64,000 nucleotides of DNA from Hemiscyllium ocellatum (GCF_020745735.1 NC_083411.1:83252328-83316327), one strand, 5' to 3'; shown: positions 38,101 to 51,775, counted from the first letter of the stretch. Numbers and translations are program-made. The notes: generated by a model from the sequence alone, not told the origin.

Positions 38101-41040
38101 TAGAACATAGAACATTGAAAAGTAAAGCCCAGAACAGGCCTTTTGGCCCATGATGTTGTGCCGAGGTTTAATCCTAATGTAAACTATAATAACTTAACCT
38201 ATGTACCCCTCAACTCACTGCTATCTATGTGCATATCCAGCAGTTGCTTAAATGTCCCTAATGACTCTGCTTCCACCACCACAGCTGGCAACGCATTCCA
38301 TGTATTCACAACTCTCTGTGTAAAGAACCTACCTCCGACATTTCCTTTAGACCTTCCTCCTAATATCTTCAAAGTATGATTCCTCATACCAGTCAATTCT
38401 GCCCTGGGGAAAAGTCTCTGGCTATTGACTCTATCTATTCCACTCATTATCTTGTGTACCTCGATCAGGTCTCCTCTCTTCCTCCTTCTCTTCAGAGAGA
38501 AAAGTCTGAGCTTATTCAACCTTTCTTCATAAGGCAAGCCCTCCAGTCCAGGCAGCATCCTAGCAAACCTTCTTTGTATCCTCTCCAAAGCCTCTGTATC
38601 TTACCTTTAGTAGGGCAACCAGAATTGGACACAATATTCCAAGTGTGGTCTCACCAGGGACTTGTAGAGCCGCAGCCAAACCTCGCGGCTCTTTAACTTG
38701 ATCCCCCTGTTAATGAAAGCCAAAATACCACATGCCTTCTTAACAACCCTATCCACTTGGGTGGCAACTTTGAGGGGTCAATGTACTTGCACACCCTGAT
38801 CCCTCTGTTCCTCCATACTGCCATGAACCCTGTCATTAATCCTATATTCAGCATTTGAGTTTTACCTTCCAAAATGTATCACTTCGCATTTATCCAGGTT
38901 GAACTCCATTTGCCATTTCTCAGCCCAGCTCTGCATCCTGATAATGTTGCGCTGCAGCCTGCAGTAGCCCTCGATGCTATCGACAACATCTCTAACCTTT
39001 GTGTCATCTGCAAATTTACTAACCCACCCCTCAACCTCCTCATTCAAGTCATTAAAAAAACTACAAAGAGCAGAGGCCCAAGAACAGAGCCCTACGGGAC
39101 TTCACTCGACACTGACCTCTAGGCAGAATACTTTCCATATACAACAACTCTCTGCCTTCTGTCAGCCAGCCAGTTCTGAATCTACATAGCCAAATCTCCC
39201 TGTATCCTATACTTCCTGACTTTATGAATGAGCCTACCATGGGGAACATGATCAAATGCCTTGCTGAAGTCCATACACCCCACATCCACTGCTCGACCTG
39301 TCTTGTCACCTCCTGAAAGAACTGAATAAAATTTGTGAGGCATGACCTGCCCCTCACAAAGCCATGCTGACTGCCTTTAATCACACTATGCTTTGCCAAA
39401 TTGTCATAAATCCTATCCCTCAGAATTCTTTCCAAACTTTGCTGACCACAGATGTAAGACTGACTGGTCTGTAATTGCCAGGGATTTCCCTATTACCCTC
39501 CGATATGACTCCCGTGGAGAGTGAGGAGGCAAATATCCTCTCCAGGGGCTTAGCAACCTCCTATTTTACTTCCCGGAGCAGCCTAGGATAAATCTGGTCT
39601 GGCCCTTGGGACTTATCAATCTTAATGTTTGCCAAAATCTCCAGTACATCAACTCTATCAATCTTGATCTGGTCAAGACTGTATCCCGGCCCTTCTAAAT
39701 TTTTATTCACAACAAGATCCCTTTCCTTGGTGAAAACCAAAGCTAAAAACTCATTTAGGGCTTTCCTATCTGCTCAGACTCCACGCACAAATTCCCTCCA
39801 CTATCCCTGATTGGCTCTACCTTCTCCCTGATCATTCTCTTATTCCTCACATATGAGTGAAATGCCTTTGGGTTCTCCCTAATTCTTTCTGCCAAGCCTT
39901 TTTCGTGCCCCCTCCTGGCTCTCCTCAGTCCATTTCTGAATTCCTTTCTAGCTAGCCTGTAATCCTTTAAAGCTGTGCTAGATCCTTGCTTCCACCACCT
40001 TACATAAGCTGCCTTCTTCCCTTTGATGAGAAGCTCCTCTGGTCTCATCATCCAAGGCTCCTTAATCTTACCCCTTCTTACCTGTCTCAGAGGAACAAAT
40101 TCGTGCATTGCTCGCAACAACTGCTCCTTAAATAGTTTCCACATGTCTGCTGTGCCCTTTCTGTAGAACAATACTTCTCAACTCCTGTCTGATAGTGTCA
40201 TAATTTCCTTTTCCCCAATTAAATATCTTCCCTCAGTAACTGCTTCTTTCCCTCTCCAAGGCTATGGTAAATGTGAGGCAGTCGTGATCACAGTCACTAA
40301 AATGTTCTCTCATCACGCGATCTGACACCTGTCCTGGCTCATTGCCGAGCACCAAATCCAAAGTGGCCTCTCCCCTCATTCGTCTGTCTACATATTGAGT
40401 AAGGAAACCCTTCTGAACACACCTGACAAAAACAGCTCCATCCAAACCATCTGCATTAAGGAGGTTCCAATCGATATTGGGAAAGTTGAAATCACCCATA
40501 ACAACAACCCTGCCACTTCTGTATTTTTCTAGAATCTGCCCACCTATGAGTTCGTCGACCTCTCTACTGCTATTGTAGAAAATGCCCCAATCCGGTGGCT
40601 TTTACCTTGCTGTTCCACCCATACTGACTCAGTAAACAAACCTTCCTCAACAATCTTTATTTCTGAAGCTGTGATGCACTCTCTGATTAGCAATGCTACA
40701 TCCCCTCCTCTTCTTTCACCATCCCTGTTCTTTTTAAACATTATAAACCCTGGAACATCACGCAACCATTCCCGTCCCTGTGAAACCCACATCTCCGTTA
40801 TAGCTACAACATCATAGCCCCAAGTACTGACGTATGCTCTCAGTTTGTCACTCTTATTTCGGACACCCCTTGCATTAAAGCAGACACACATTAACCAATC
40901 CCTTTGTTTCATTGCATGAGAAACCTTCCCGATAGATTCAATACATCCTGTTACTGCCCCATCAGCAACTGTTCCCCTCTCAGACATGTGGCTCTGATTC
41001 CCCCCCCCCCCCCGCCCCCCTCCCCCCCCCTTGCCAAACT
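38101..41040 (-). mobile_element. CR1/HER1 LINE ORF2, near complete but frameshifted
   Basis: CFNARGVRNK, VAITE, GDFNFPNIDW, QHGFVRGRSCLTN, KFADDTK, RGDLIEV, (ttctatg)n tail. Confidence 0.95.
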
Positions 41041-41044
41041 AGTG

Positions 41045-41665
41045 TTGTCTGGCACTTATGTGGCACAAATGCTATTTGCCACTTATCAGTCCAAGTTTGG
41101 GTGTTATCCAGGCCTTGCTGCATATGGATGCAGGTTGCCTTAGAATTTCTAGGATCAGGATCATGTTGAACATCGTAGAATTATTGGTGAACATACTCAC
41201 ATCTGACATTATGATAAAGGAAGGGTAATTTATTAAGCACTTGAAAATGGTTAGCCTGTAACAATATCCTTAGTGATGTTCCATGGCTGAGATGTTTGAC
41301 TTCAACAATACAAACATCTTCCTTTGTGCTAGGAATGACTGGAACCAGAGAAGACGGTACCCCCATTTCTCATTAGCATTGGTTTATTGAGGCACCTTGA
41401 AGCTACATTCAGTCAAATGCTATCACTCTCATCTCATCTCTGGAGTTGCAGATCTATTGTCCACGGTTGGACTAAAGCTAGATTGAGGTCAGGAGCTAAG
41501 TGGCCCTGATGGAACGCAAACTGAATGTTAGTGAGTCAGTTATTGCTAAGCAAGTGATGCTTGATTACATTATTGATGATTGCTAGCATCACCTTTTTGA
41601 TGACTGAGAGTTAGACAGATGGAGTGGTATTTGGCCTGGTTGGATTTGTCCTTCTTTTCATGGAC
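41045..41665 (-). mobile_element. Second CR1/L2-group lineage, RT fragment
   Basis: Similar to 55400-55790 (cagtcaaa.gc, ctctgga.tt, gaggtcaggag.t.agtg.ccctg). Confidence 0.7.
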
Positions 41666-43069
41666 TTGCATTTATTTTCCAAGGTCCTCAGGTTCTTGTC
41701 AACAATAATTTTCTTATCACAAGATATTTGTTGAGAAACTGGCTAATGTGCACCACTGACACTAGTAAATCATTCAGTACAGTTTTAAGTAATTTACTCA
41801 TAGCACACCCTCACTATAAATGCTTGTTTTTGATAGCAAAGACATTTTTAGCATATAAAGTTGATAAAAATACTACTCTTAAATTCAAAGATTTTTTAAA
41901 AGAAACTAACACGAATAATTGCTTTCTCTTCAGCCACCTGAGTTTGTTGGCTGATGGAAATTTGTGTGCGCGATTATATAAATACATTTCAGTAGAAAGT
42001 TGAATTGTGACCTAACCAGCACCACATCAAAAACATGATTACATTTGAATCAATTGCAGCCAAAGTGAAAGTTTTGCTCCATGCTGTGTTGTCAGTTAAT
42101 ATGAAATGAAACTTCAAATGCAGCAGGAGGGACACATCACTTTGATTCTAAGGTTCATTCCTAGATGTTAAAGTGTGCAGGAATTAGAATTACATTTAGA
42201 TGACTCTACTCTATTGTATTGCTGATAATTTTACTCTGTGATGATTGGCACTTAGTTGAAATTAATAGAACTGGAGTAGATTATAACATCTCAGCTGCTA
42301 CACTCCATTCCAAACTGGTCAATGATATCCTATAAATTACAATGTTTCTCTGTGTCATCGCCTCAAGGCTCAGCATGAATAGAATTTCAAAGTAATTGTC
42401 GACATTCATTTGACTAATTTTTCCATATGGAAAGGTTAATTGATTTATTGTAAATTCTCCAATTCCACTAACTAACATTTAGAAGCAATCCTATTGGAAT
42501 TAACTCTATTTAAAATTGAATACGAGTGTGTCGCTGGTATAATTAATAGCAAATGTAAGACAACAAATAGTCAAACTGCAGCAATGAATTATAACACAAG
42601 GCAAAAAAGAAACAGTAAAGTAATTTGTTGCTTTAAAGTGTGTAATTAATCAAAATGAAAAGCAGTTGCAAATATTCGTTATCAAATTGCAAGTTTTCTT
42701 TGACACCATTGCATTCAATTATCAATACATTATTGAGAAACTGTCTATAGCAATTACAAACAATATTAAACAGTATTTAGACTTCTGGTTAATATGTATA
42801 CTAGTTGCATATTGTGAATAAATACACATAATCCACTCAAAATAAAATGCTACAAAAGTGAATCAAGCTCGTTTCACAGACTGTCATTGTCACAGATGGC
42901 ATGAAACAAGTCTGTTTTCAAAGCAAGACTAACATTTTAAAATGCTAATGTTTCAAGTTTGAACACGTACCAGGAAATGTGCTAATGGAAACAAATTCAA
43001 TTTAGATCCAAAGTTTATTCGATGTAAAAGAGAAAGAAATTTTAAAATCAAAGCTAAGCATATGTACAT

Positions 43070-43170
43070 TCGAGTTATAGAGTGGTATAGCATGTAACCA
43101 GACGCTTCAGCCCAATTCACCCATGCTGACCAGGTTTCCAAACAGAACTAGTCCAATTTGACTTGATTGT
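43070..43170 (-). mobile_element. CR1 extreme 3' end
   Basis: Matches the reverse complement of the CR1 3' UTR. Confidence 0.55.
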
Positions 43171-45429
43171 TGTCCAATATTTTGCTGGTGATTACAAACT
43201 CACTCACTACTCCAACAAAAATGAGATGGGGACTGGAGTTTGAATATCAACAGCAGTGTAGTGGTGCTTGGAATTCCTCATGGTCAAGGGGCTGGCAATC
43301 AGGGAGAGATAGATGACAAAGTAAGACAGATCCATGATTTCTTCATGCATCAGGACCTGACCTGTTCCAAGGAAAGTGGAAAAGGAGGTTTTAAAAATTT
43401 ATCCCTCAAATCTATTTCCTAATCATATTGGCCTAGATGACAAAAGTTGCAGTAATCATTGAGGCAGCATATGTGTAAAAGGACTCAGTCAGCTTTAGAT
43501 AGGTGTTCCTGCCACTTAATCAGTAGACTTATTGAAAATATGAAAGAGTCAATGTCTAGATGTTTCAAAGATGATAAATAAATGTTCTAATCTTAACTGC
43601 TCTTCTGTCAAATTGTTTTAAAATTATTCTGAAAATTATGTTTCAGAACTTTGCATCATCAAAGGAAAATGCTCAGAGAATATTTTATTCTGATCAAAAG
43701 GCAAAAACTACTTGAAAGATCTCACATTTAAAAGTGAAAAGAGACTTGTGTCTGATTTTCAATGGTCTAAGGATGCCACAGCTAATATTAGAATCAGAGA
43801 CATTAATGAGAGTTGTTATAAATATTCATAGAATGGTCAAAATCAAATCTGAGATCAGGAGAAAATAAATGAAAAATAAATTCAAGGAGGGGTCTAAATC
43901 GAGTGAGTTAATGTTGCAGCCCACATATACAGTATTGGTGCATACAATTAGTGTGAAATTATGAAACTATCATATTCCCAGAAAGAACAATGTTTAATTT
44001 TAACTAAATTAATTTCCAAGAGTGTTCTGGACATTATTGAAGCCCTGATTTCAGATTTTAAGACCATTACTGTAACAAACAAACTAAACTCATCAGAGGC
44101 AACAAATGCATAAGACCAACATAAATGTACTTTCCCATTTACTAACTAATGGGATTGTGATATATCTTACAACCAACATTGCTCTGCACAACACTTATGG
44201 CAGATATGTAGCATTACAGAAATAAGTCTCAATTTATTCTCATGTTTTCAGCATATTCATTTCTCCTTGCCATGCCAGACCAAAGTTGTAGTGCGCTTTG
44301 AAAACTGATTCACTCAACCCTAGTATTCCAGGACTAATTTCTATATCAAAGCTCACCAGAGTAATGTCTCATCCACACAGACATACTTTTGTCACTTTGT
44401 CTTTCATCAAACAGCTTTAGTTTTGCTATAATGCATTTTAAGAAGTAGTGAAAATGGCCACTTATATTTTAATAGCTTTCAGTTTGAATTTTCACCCTCA
44501 TGATAACCAAATAATATGGGCCTGGCTCCAAGTAGATATGTTTAGAATGATCTTGCTTTTACCTTTTATGAATATTCTATTCCATTTTAAGTTAAAACAG
44601 ACACTTTCAAGCATAACTGCCCAGCAAACATTATACAATCATTTCGTATTTTCTCAATATTCCGGAACATTCAATATTTGTTCAATCATGAATCTTTAAA
44701 TAGAAAGTTTGAAACTAAAACTATCTTCAACTTGATTATCATTGCTGTTCAATTGACTAGTTTTACAGTTGTTACGTATAACTGTTCTCTAGGAAGATAA
44801 TTTAAACAAAGGCTGATGTAGATAGAGAATTCAATTACTTACTCTTCACACATTTGTTGTAATCAGAGCTCCTAGTCATTATACTGCCTTCAGTTCCATC
44901 AGATTCAAGAAACAATGAGCAAAAATTTGATACAAAAGATGTAATTTCCTTTCTCACAAACAGAATTACTGTTGTCGGCTTTCATTCATATACATTGAGC
45001 TTTTGTGCATATCAACATGTGTAAAAAATGATGTTCCTCAAATAAACATCATGTCAAGCTTTACATCTATACTTAAGCAACCAATATTTAGCATGTACTA
45101 TCTTGTGCAGTACTAATTTTAGAAACTTCCTGGGCTAAATCTAAAAAATGTCAACTTTATCAAGATTTATGGAAGGCTTCTCTCCATGTGATATGGTGAG
45201 ATTTCTTGTGCAATCTTAGCAAGCTTACTTCCTTAACTACCTATCCTGTCTCTACAGCAATACCTTAGTACAATGCTAATCTGATTGTACCACACATTGT
45301 AGCCAGAAGAACTGGCCACTGTTGAGATATCCCAGAATGGACTGACACCATGGTGATGGCACTGCCACTAAAAAACTGTTTTGTTCCCAGTCTGAAGCTG
45401 CCCTGTATGGCTCATGATACGTGCCTTGA

Positions 45430-46030
45430 CCATAGCAGAGAAGAGTAAATTGGTGACTTTTCCTATGTTTAACATCCTGGAAGTCCTGATGAATGGGGTG
45501 GTATGGTATGGAGGAAAGTTGTCCACTTCTTCATTACCAGCAAAAGAGGCCACCACACCAGACCATTCAGTGCGGTCTTTGCCCTCGGTCCATTTGTGTA
45601 GAACTTTGGTCAATGTCCTTCTATAGTCTTCCAGGGTAAGTGTCACTATTTTCTCTCTGATAAATCAGACTCACTCTCTGTTATTATTTCCTTTGCCATC
45701 CAAACTTGTTGCTCTATCACAGTAACTGTTGTGTGAAGCATCTTCCTTTGCTCACTCTCACTGTCACCCTCCCCAGTCCACCACATCAATATTCTGTATG
45801 TTTTTTCTGTCGCCTACTCAGTTGCTTGACATACCTCACCACCTTCCTCCCACCAGGACTTGGATTAACTGCTGTGCCAGCCACTTTTCTCTCACTCAGT
45901 TCCTCCCTTTCTCTAATTTCAGGAGAAAACTGCATACAATAGAACAGAAAAGAATCAGGATGGCTGGTGGGGTTCCTATCATTCAGCTGCTCACTTCTTA
46001 TGAGGTGAGGTTCCTGATCCTAACTAGCAT
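45430..46030 (+). pseudogene. Myb/SANT-like two-exon gene remnant, copy 3
   Basis: AEKSKLVTFPMFNILEVLMNGVV...QQKRPPHQT...VNVLL*SSR, donor AGG|GTAAGT at 45635/6, acceptor tttcag|GAGAAA at 45922/3, EKTAYN...AGGVPIIQLLTSYE. Confidence 0.65.
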
Positions 46031-46031
46031 G

Positions 46032-46158
46032 GAGGAGAAAGTGAGGACTGCAGATGCTGGAGATCAGAGTTTAAAAATGTGTTCCTGGAAAAGAGCAGCA
46101 GGCCAGGCAGCATCAAAGAAACGTCGATCCTCCTGTTCCTTTGATGCTGCCTGGCCTG
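46032..46158. mobile_element. PLE family B mini-element with short inverted arm, HHR mostly deleted
   Basis: Tail plus inverted caggccaggcagcatcaaag; actagcatg duplicated at 46023-46031 and 46159-46167. Confidence 0.8.
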
Positions 46159-46203
46159 ACTAGCATGATCATGTCCAAACACCTGGATTAGTATCGAAGG
46201 CTG

Positions 46204-46790
46204 TCATAGAGTCAAAGAGTTATAGAGTTATAGAGATGTACAGCACGGAAACAGACCCTCCTGTCTGACTTGTCCATGCTGATCAGATATCCTAGCCTAA
46301 TGTTGTCCCATTTGCCACCACTTGGCCCATATCCCTCTAAACCCTTCCTATTCATATATCCATTCAGATGCCTTTTAAATGTTGTAATTGTACCAGCCTC
46401 CATCAATTCCTCTGGCAGTTCATTCCATACATGCACAACCTTCACTGTGAAAGAGTTGCCCCTTAGGTCCCTTTAAATTTTTCATTCTCAACCTAAACCT
46501 ATGCCATCTAGTTCTGAACTCCCCTTGTCTATTTACCCTATACATGCACCTCATGGTTTTATAAACCTCTATAAGGTCACCCGTTAGTCTCCAATGCTCT
46601 AGGGAAAACAGTGCCACCCTATTCAGCGTTTCCCGATAGCTCAAATTCTCCAAACCTGGCAAAATCCTTGTTAATCTTTTCTGGATTCTTTCAAGTTTTA
46701 CAAAATCCTTCTGAAGTAGGGAGACCAGAACTGCACATTTTAAAAGTGGCCTAACCAATGTCCACATAGTCGCAACATGACATCCCAAAC
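46204..46790 (-). mobile_element. CR1/HER1 3' fragment
   Basis: TLVRPLLK...RLTGDLIEVYK, WNELPEE...FKRHLN, tail. Confidence 0.9.
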
Positions 46791-46799
46791 CCTCACAAA

Positions 46800-47118
46800 G
46801 ACCAATACAGCACCGGCACAGACATTTCAGCCCACCAAGCCTGCGTCAACATATTTTGACCTTCCATACTGAAACTGTCTTCTATTACAGGATCTGTAAC
46901 CCGCTGTTCCCTTCCTATTCATGTATTAGTCCAGGTGCTTCTTGAATGCTATTGTTGTGTCTGCTTCCACCAGCTCCTCTGCCAATGCATTCCAGGTACT
47001 CACCACCTTTTGTGTGAAAAATCTTGCCTCATACATCTTTTTAAAATTTCCATCCCTCATACATTGAACTTGCGTCCCCAAGTAATTGATCTCTCCACCT
47101 TGGGAAAAAGCCTCATAC
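46800..47118 (-). mobile_element. CR1 3' fragment, different subfamily
   Basis: FFTQKVVSTWNALAEELVEA...FKKHLD. Confidence 0.8.
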
Positions 47119-47354
47119 TTTCCATACCTGTTGTGCTGGGACTTCCTGAGGCCACCTTGTCTTGACTGAGGGCTGCTGACAACCATGACAAGTTTCCTGG
47201 CTTTGTGTCTGCACTAAGTGACAAGGCAATGAAATACTGTGAGCCTGACATTGTCGGTTGTGGGGAAAAGTGCAAAAAGGAAGGATAAGGCAATGGAAGG
47301 ATGCTGTGAGCATCCATTCAGACTCAAAGTGATTGACTGCTAAGAGAGCAAGAG

Positions 47355-48325
47355 ACAGGATCGGTGCTGGGCCTTCTACTTTTTGTCATTTACATAAATG
47401 ATTTGGATGCGAGCATAAGAGGTACAGTTAGTAAGTTTGCAGATGACACCAAAATTGGAGGTGTAGTAGACAGTGAAGAGGGTTACCTCAGATTACAACA
47501 GAATCTTGATCAGATGGGCCAATGGGCTGAGAAGTGGCAGGTGGAGTTTAATTCAGATAAATGCAAGGTGCTGCATTTTGGGAAAGCAAATCTTAGCAGG
47601 ACTTATACACTTAATGGTAAGGACCTCGGGAATGTTGCTGAACAAAGAGACCTTGGAGTGCAGGTTCATAGCTCCTTGAAAGTGGTGTCGCAGATAGATA
47701 GGATAGTGAAGAAGGCGTTTGGTATGCTTTCCTTTATTGGTCAGAGTTGGGAGGTCATGTTGCGGCTGTACAGGACATTGGTTAGGCCACTGTTGGAATA
47801 TTGTGTGCAATTCTGGTCTCCTTCTTATCGGAAAGATGTTGTGAAACTTGAAAAGGTTCAGAAAAGATTTACAAGGATATTGCCAGGGTTGGAGGATCTG
47901 AGCTACAAGGGGAGGCTGAACAGTCTGGGGTTGTTTTCCCTGGAGCGTCGGAGGCTGAGGGGTGACCTTATAGAGGTTTACAAAATTATGAGGGGCATGG
48001 ATAAGACAAATAGACAAAGTCTTTTCCCTGGGGTAGGGGAGCCCAGATTTAGGGTGAGAGGGGAAAAATATTAAAGAGACCTAAGGGGCAACTATTTCAC
48101 TCTGAGGGTGGTAAGTGTATGAAACGAACTGCCAGAGGATGTGGTGGGGGCTGATACAATGCAACATTTAAGAGGCATTTGGATGGGTATATGAATAGGA
48201 AAGGTTTGGAGGGATATGGACAGGATGCTGGCAGGTGGGACTAAATTGGGTTGGGATATCTGGTCGGCATGGACGGATTGGACTGAAGGGTCTGTTTCCA
48301 TGCTGTACATCTCTATGACTCTATG
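47355..48325 (+). mobile_element. 5'-truncated CR1/HER1 (RT to tail)
   Basis: 236-aa open frame LFVIYINDLD...KFADDTK...LVRPLLEYCVQFWSP...RGDLIEVYK. Confidence 0.95.
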
Positions 48326-48374
48326 TATAACCATGCAACTGAAAGCTAGACCTATTTATGGGAACTGCATTACA

Positions 48375-48560
48375 AACCCAGCTGGTTCCCTCATGTCCTT
48401 CAGGGAAGGAAATCTGCCGTTCTTACCCAGGTTGGCCTACATGTGACTCCAGACTCACTGCAATGTGGTCACCTCTTAAGCACCTCTAAAATGGCCCTAA
48501 TAAGCCACTTAGGTTCAAGGGTAATAAAGATGAGCAACAATCACTTCCCTTGAAAAATAT
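48375..48560 (+). mobile_element. Unassigned short interspersed repeat (same family as 22480-22701)
   Basis: ctggttc...agggaaggaaatctgccgttcttacc. Confidence 0.6.
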
Positions 48561-48619
48561 ATTTTAAAAAAGGAAGTCTCTCGGAGGCCACACTGAGATT
48601 AGAGTTTAGCTTCTTTCAT

Positions 48620-49523
48620 CGCAAATGAGGTCCCAGAGGACTGGAGAATAGCCAATGTTGTTCCTTGGACTAAGAAGGGTAACAGGGATAATCCAGGGAA
48701 TTATAGGCTGGTGAGCTTTACATCAGTAACAGGGAAATTATTGGAGCAGATCCTTCGGGACAGGATTTAGTTACATGCGGAAAAGAATGGGCTTTTTTAG
48801 GTTTGTAATGTATATAAGTGATTTAGATGAAAATGTAAGTATTCTGGTTAGTAAGTTTGCAGATGATATGAAAGTTGATGCGGTTGTAGATAGTGAGGAA
48901 GGATACAGTGGGATATACATCAATTGGAAAGCTGGGCAGAGCAATGACAGATGGAGCTTAATCCAGACAAGTATGTTTGGGGAGGTTAAATTCAAGAGGA
49001 AAGTATACAGTAAATGGCAGAACCCTTTGGAGCATTGATATACAGAGGGACCTTGGGGTGCACATCCATAACTCCCCGAAAGTGGCCACACAAGTGAAAA
49101 AGGTGATAAAGAAGGCAAATGGTAAGCTCATCTTCATTAGTCAGGGCATGGAATTGGCAAGCCATGCTGCAGCTGTATAAAACCTTAACTGGACCACATT
49201 TGGAGTATTGTGTGCAGTTCAGGTGATAAGATGGTGATGTCAGCATGTACGAGGGGGCATAACTACAAATTGAGGGGTGATAGATTTAAGACAGATGTCA
49301 GAGGCAGGTTCTTTACGCAGAGAATGGTAAGGACGTGGAATGCACTACCTGCTAATGTAGTCAACTCAGTCACATTAGGGAGATTTAAACAATCCTTAGA
49401 TAAGCACATGAATGATGATGGGATAGTGTAGGGGGACGAGCTGTGAATAGTTCACAGGTCCGCGCAACAGCGAGGGTTGAAGGGCCTGTTCTGCGCTGTA
49501 TTGTCTATGTTCTATGTTCTATG
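48620..49523 (+). mobile_element. Internally deleted/mosaic CR1 fragments
   Basis: VPEDWRIANVVP, KFADD, RFFTQRMVRTWNALP, (ttctatg)n tail. Confidence 0.85.
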
Positions 49524-50967
49524 ATCTAACAGCCTTCAGATGTGGCCTAGTCCAGTCTGTGAGCTTACTGTCAATCCTTGGTGTGTGAAGTGACTTTAGT
49601 GCTGCATTGCAATGAAAATGTCTAATGCACCCTGAGGTGTAGCATTAAAATGCAGAATTGTACTGTCAGTGGATCGGAGATGCCATGACAATACAGAAAC
49701 ACTGGCAAGCTCCAATGTCCAGGCCCATGGACAGGGGGTTTATGTGGCTGGAGTCCATGGAGCATCAGTTGAGATGTTGCTGCCAGGTGTTCAAGGTGGA
49801 GGTCTGAAGGAGCAAATGGCTGTGAGGCAGCAGGTCTAACCACTGAGCTGCTGTGCTGCCCCTGTCTCTGTCAAATCTTCCCAGAACTGCCTTCAAATTT
49901 ATTGGATTTGTTAAGCGAGGATTATTCCATAAATATCTTGAACCAAACATAAGACAATGGATTTCAAATTTACCCTTGCAAATTAAACAACCACAACAAA
50001 ATAATTTTCCGTTAATATTCCTGGGGTTCTTTGCTTTCTGATACAAGATAGATTATGTGACTGTTCTAGAGTTCAGGTTCAGAGTGCAGAAGAGCAGAGA
50101 GCCTTGTGAGTACATGGCAAGTTGTGAGATTCACAGAAGAGTCAGATGAAAGCAAAGGAGAACAGGGATCTAGAGGCATAAAGGTGGTCATGAATGGTTA
50201 AAGTCTGTGGCCCTTTAAACTGAGAGGAAAATGAAACATGCTTAAGTTAAGCGCTGGATGAGTCAAAGGATAAAATTAAATTACAGATCAGTTTTGACAT
50301 GAAGAAAGTTGCTGTGTAAGAGTAAATTTTCAAATGTGCATGAGGTGGCTTTTAGCATTGGATGTCATTCTCAGAATGTGGCAAATACAGCAATTTAAAT
50401 AATTTTGAATTTTCGATGTCTATTCATAACGATGAGTAGATGCAGAACACAAAAGGTTGAATTTCATTTAGAATCTGTGTGAAATAAGTTGTAACCAGAG
50501 TCAGTTGCCATGGAAGAAGCTTTCCTGTAAAGGTGAATGTTGGCTGATATCTAATGCAGAAATGGAAAGGATATAGTAAGCAATAAATGCCATCACTTTG
50601 CAGAGGCAATCAAGTCAAAAATCCTGTCAGAAGGAAAAGCAGAAATTCCTCAAGGTGGGATTCCTGTAAGAAAAGTCAGGAATTAATAGCATAAAAACAA
50701 AAGAATGTGAATAATGGAATACTAAAATAAAAGCAGAAAATGATGTAATCTCTGCTTTTCGCTTCCAGCTTTACTATCTGTGTGGCATTTTCAACCTGAT
50801 TGGTTGATTACCTGGCCTTCTGCTGCCACAGATCCTTTACAAATCGTGCCAAATTCTGAGCTTCTTAGGAAATTGGAATAGTGGAAACCCATTCTTGAGG
50901 AGCTTTTTATGTGAACATTCATTGACGTCAGTAGCAAGCAATTCATCAGTGGCTATTTTCAGCATGT

Positions 50968-51295
50968 CAGAATAGTACAGCACAGAAACAAACCCTTTGG
51001 CCCACCTAGACTGTGCCTTCACATGATGTCTTTCTAAACTAAAGACCTTTTGATCCAAGAAGTACATTTCCCTCTATTCCTTGATGACTCATGTATCCAT
51101 CATGATGCCTCTTAAACATTGCTGTTGTATCTGATTCCGCCTCTTCTCTGGCAGCACATTGCAGAAACCTACCATCCTCTGTGTAAGACAAAACTTGCCT
51201 TTCCCACCTTCTTAAAACTTTACTCTTTTATCCTCAACTTATGATGTTAATAATTAACGTTTCTGTACTGAAACAAAGACTCAGATTACCCACTG
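50968..51295 (-). mobile_element. CR1 3' end, old
   Basis: gtacagcacagaaacaaaccctttggccc...gatgcctcttaaac. Confidence 0.7.
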
Positions 51296-51349
51296 CCTTC
51301 TTAATTACATCATATTTCATTACGATACCAGGAAAGGAAAAAGAATGAG

Positions 51350-51775
51350 AGACTACAACTTTCTCAGGATGTCTCAGAGGGCTTTACAGCCAGTTCAGTG
51401 TTCCTGAAGCATGTTCACTGCTATGTTTTATGGTCTTCTGTTGAAAATCAGGCACCCAAGTAATACAAACAGTTCCCACAAGTACCAACATGAAAATTAA
51501 CCAGGTCATCCATTTTAGTGATTGAGAAATACTTATTAGGCATGACGTCAGAGTTTGTTCTTAATAATAGTGACTTCAAAACTTTTGCATTCAACTGAGA
51601 GGGTAGAAGAGGGTTTGTTTTAATATCTCATTAAATAGACAGCATCTCTGACAGTGCAGCACTTACTCATGTGTTACACTGAACTTGCAGCCTAGCTTTT
51701 TGCATTCAAGTCTCTTGGATGAAAAGGTTACAACCTTCTAAGTCAAAGGAAACATTGCTGCTAACTGAATCATGA
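51350..51775 (-). mobile_element. DeuSINE-like (SacSINE1/AmnSINE-related) element
   Basis: Reverse complement has gtgctgcactgtcagagatgctgtct...atgagatattaaa...ccctctcagttgaatgcaaaag and tail ggctgtaaagccctctgagacatcctgag, recalled as Deu-domain layout. Confidence 0.65.
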
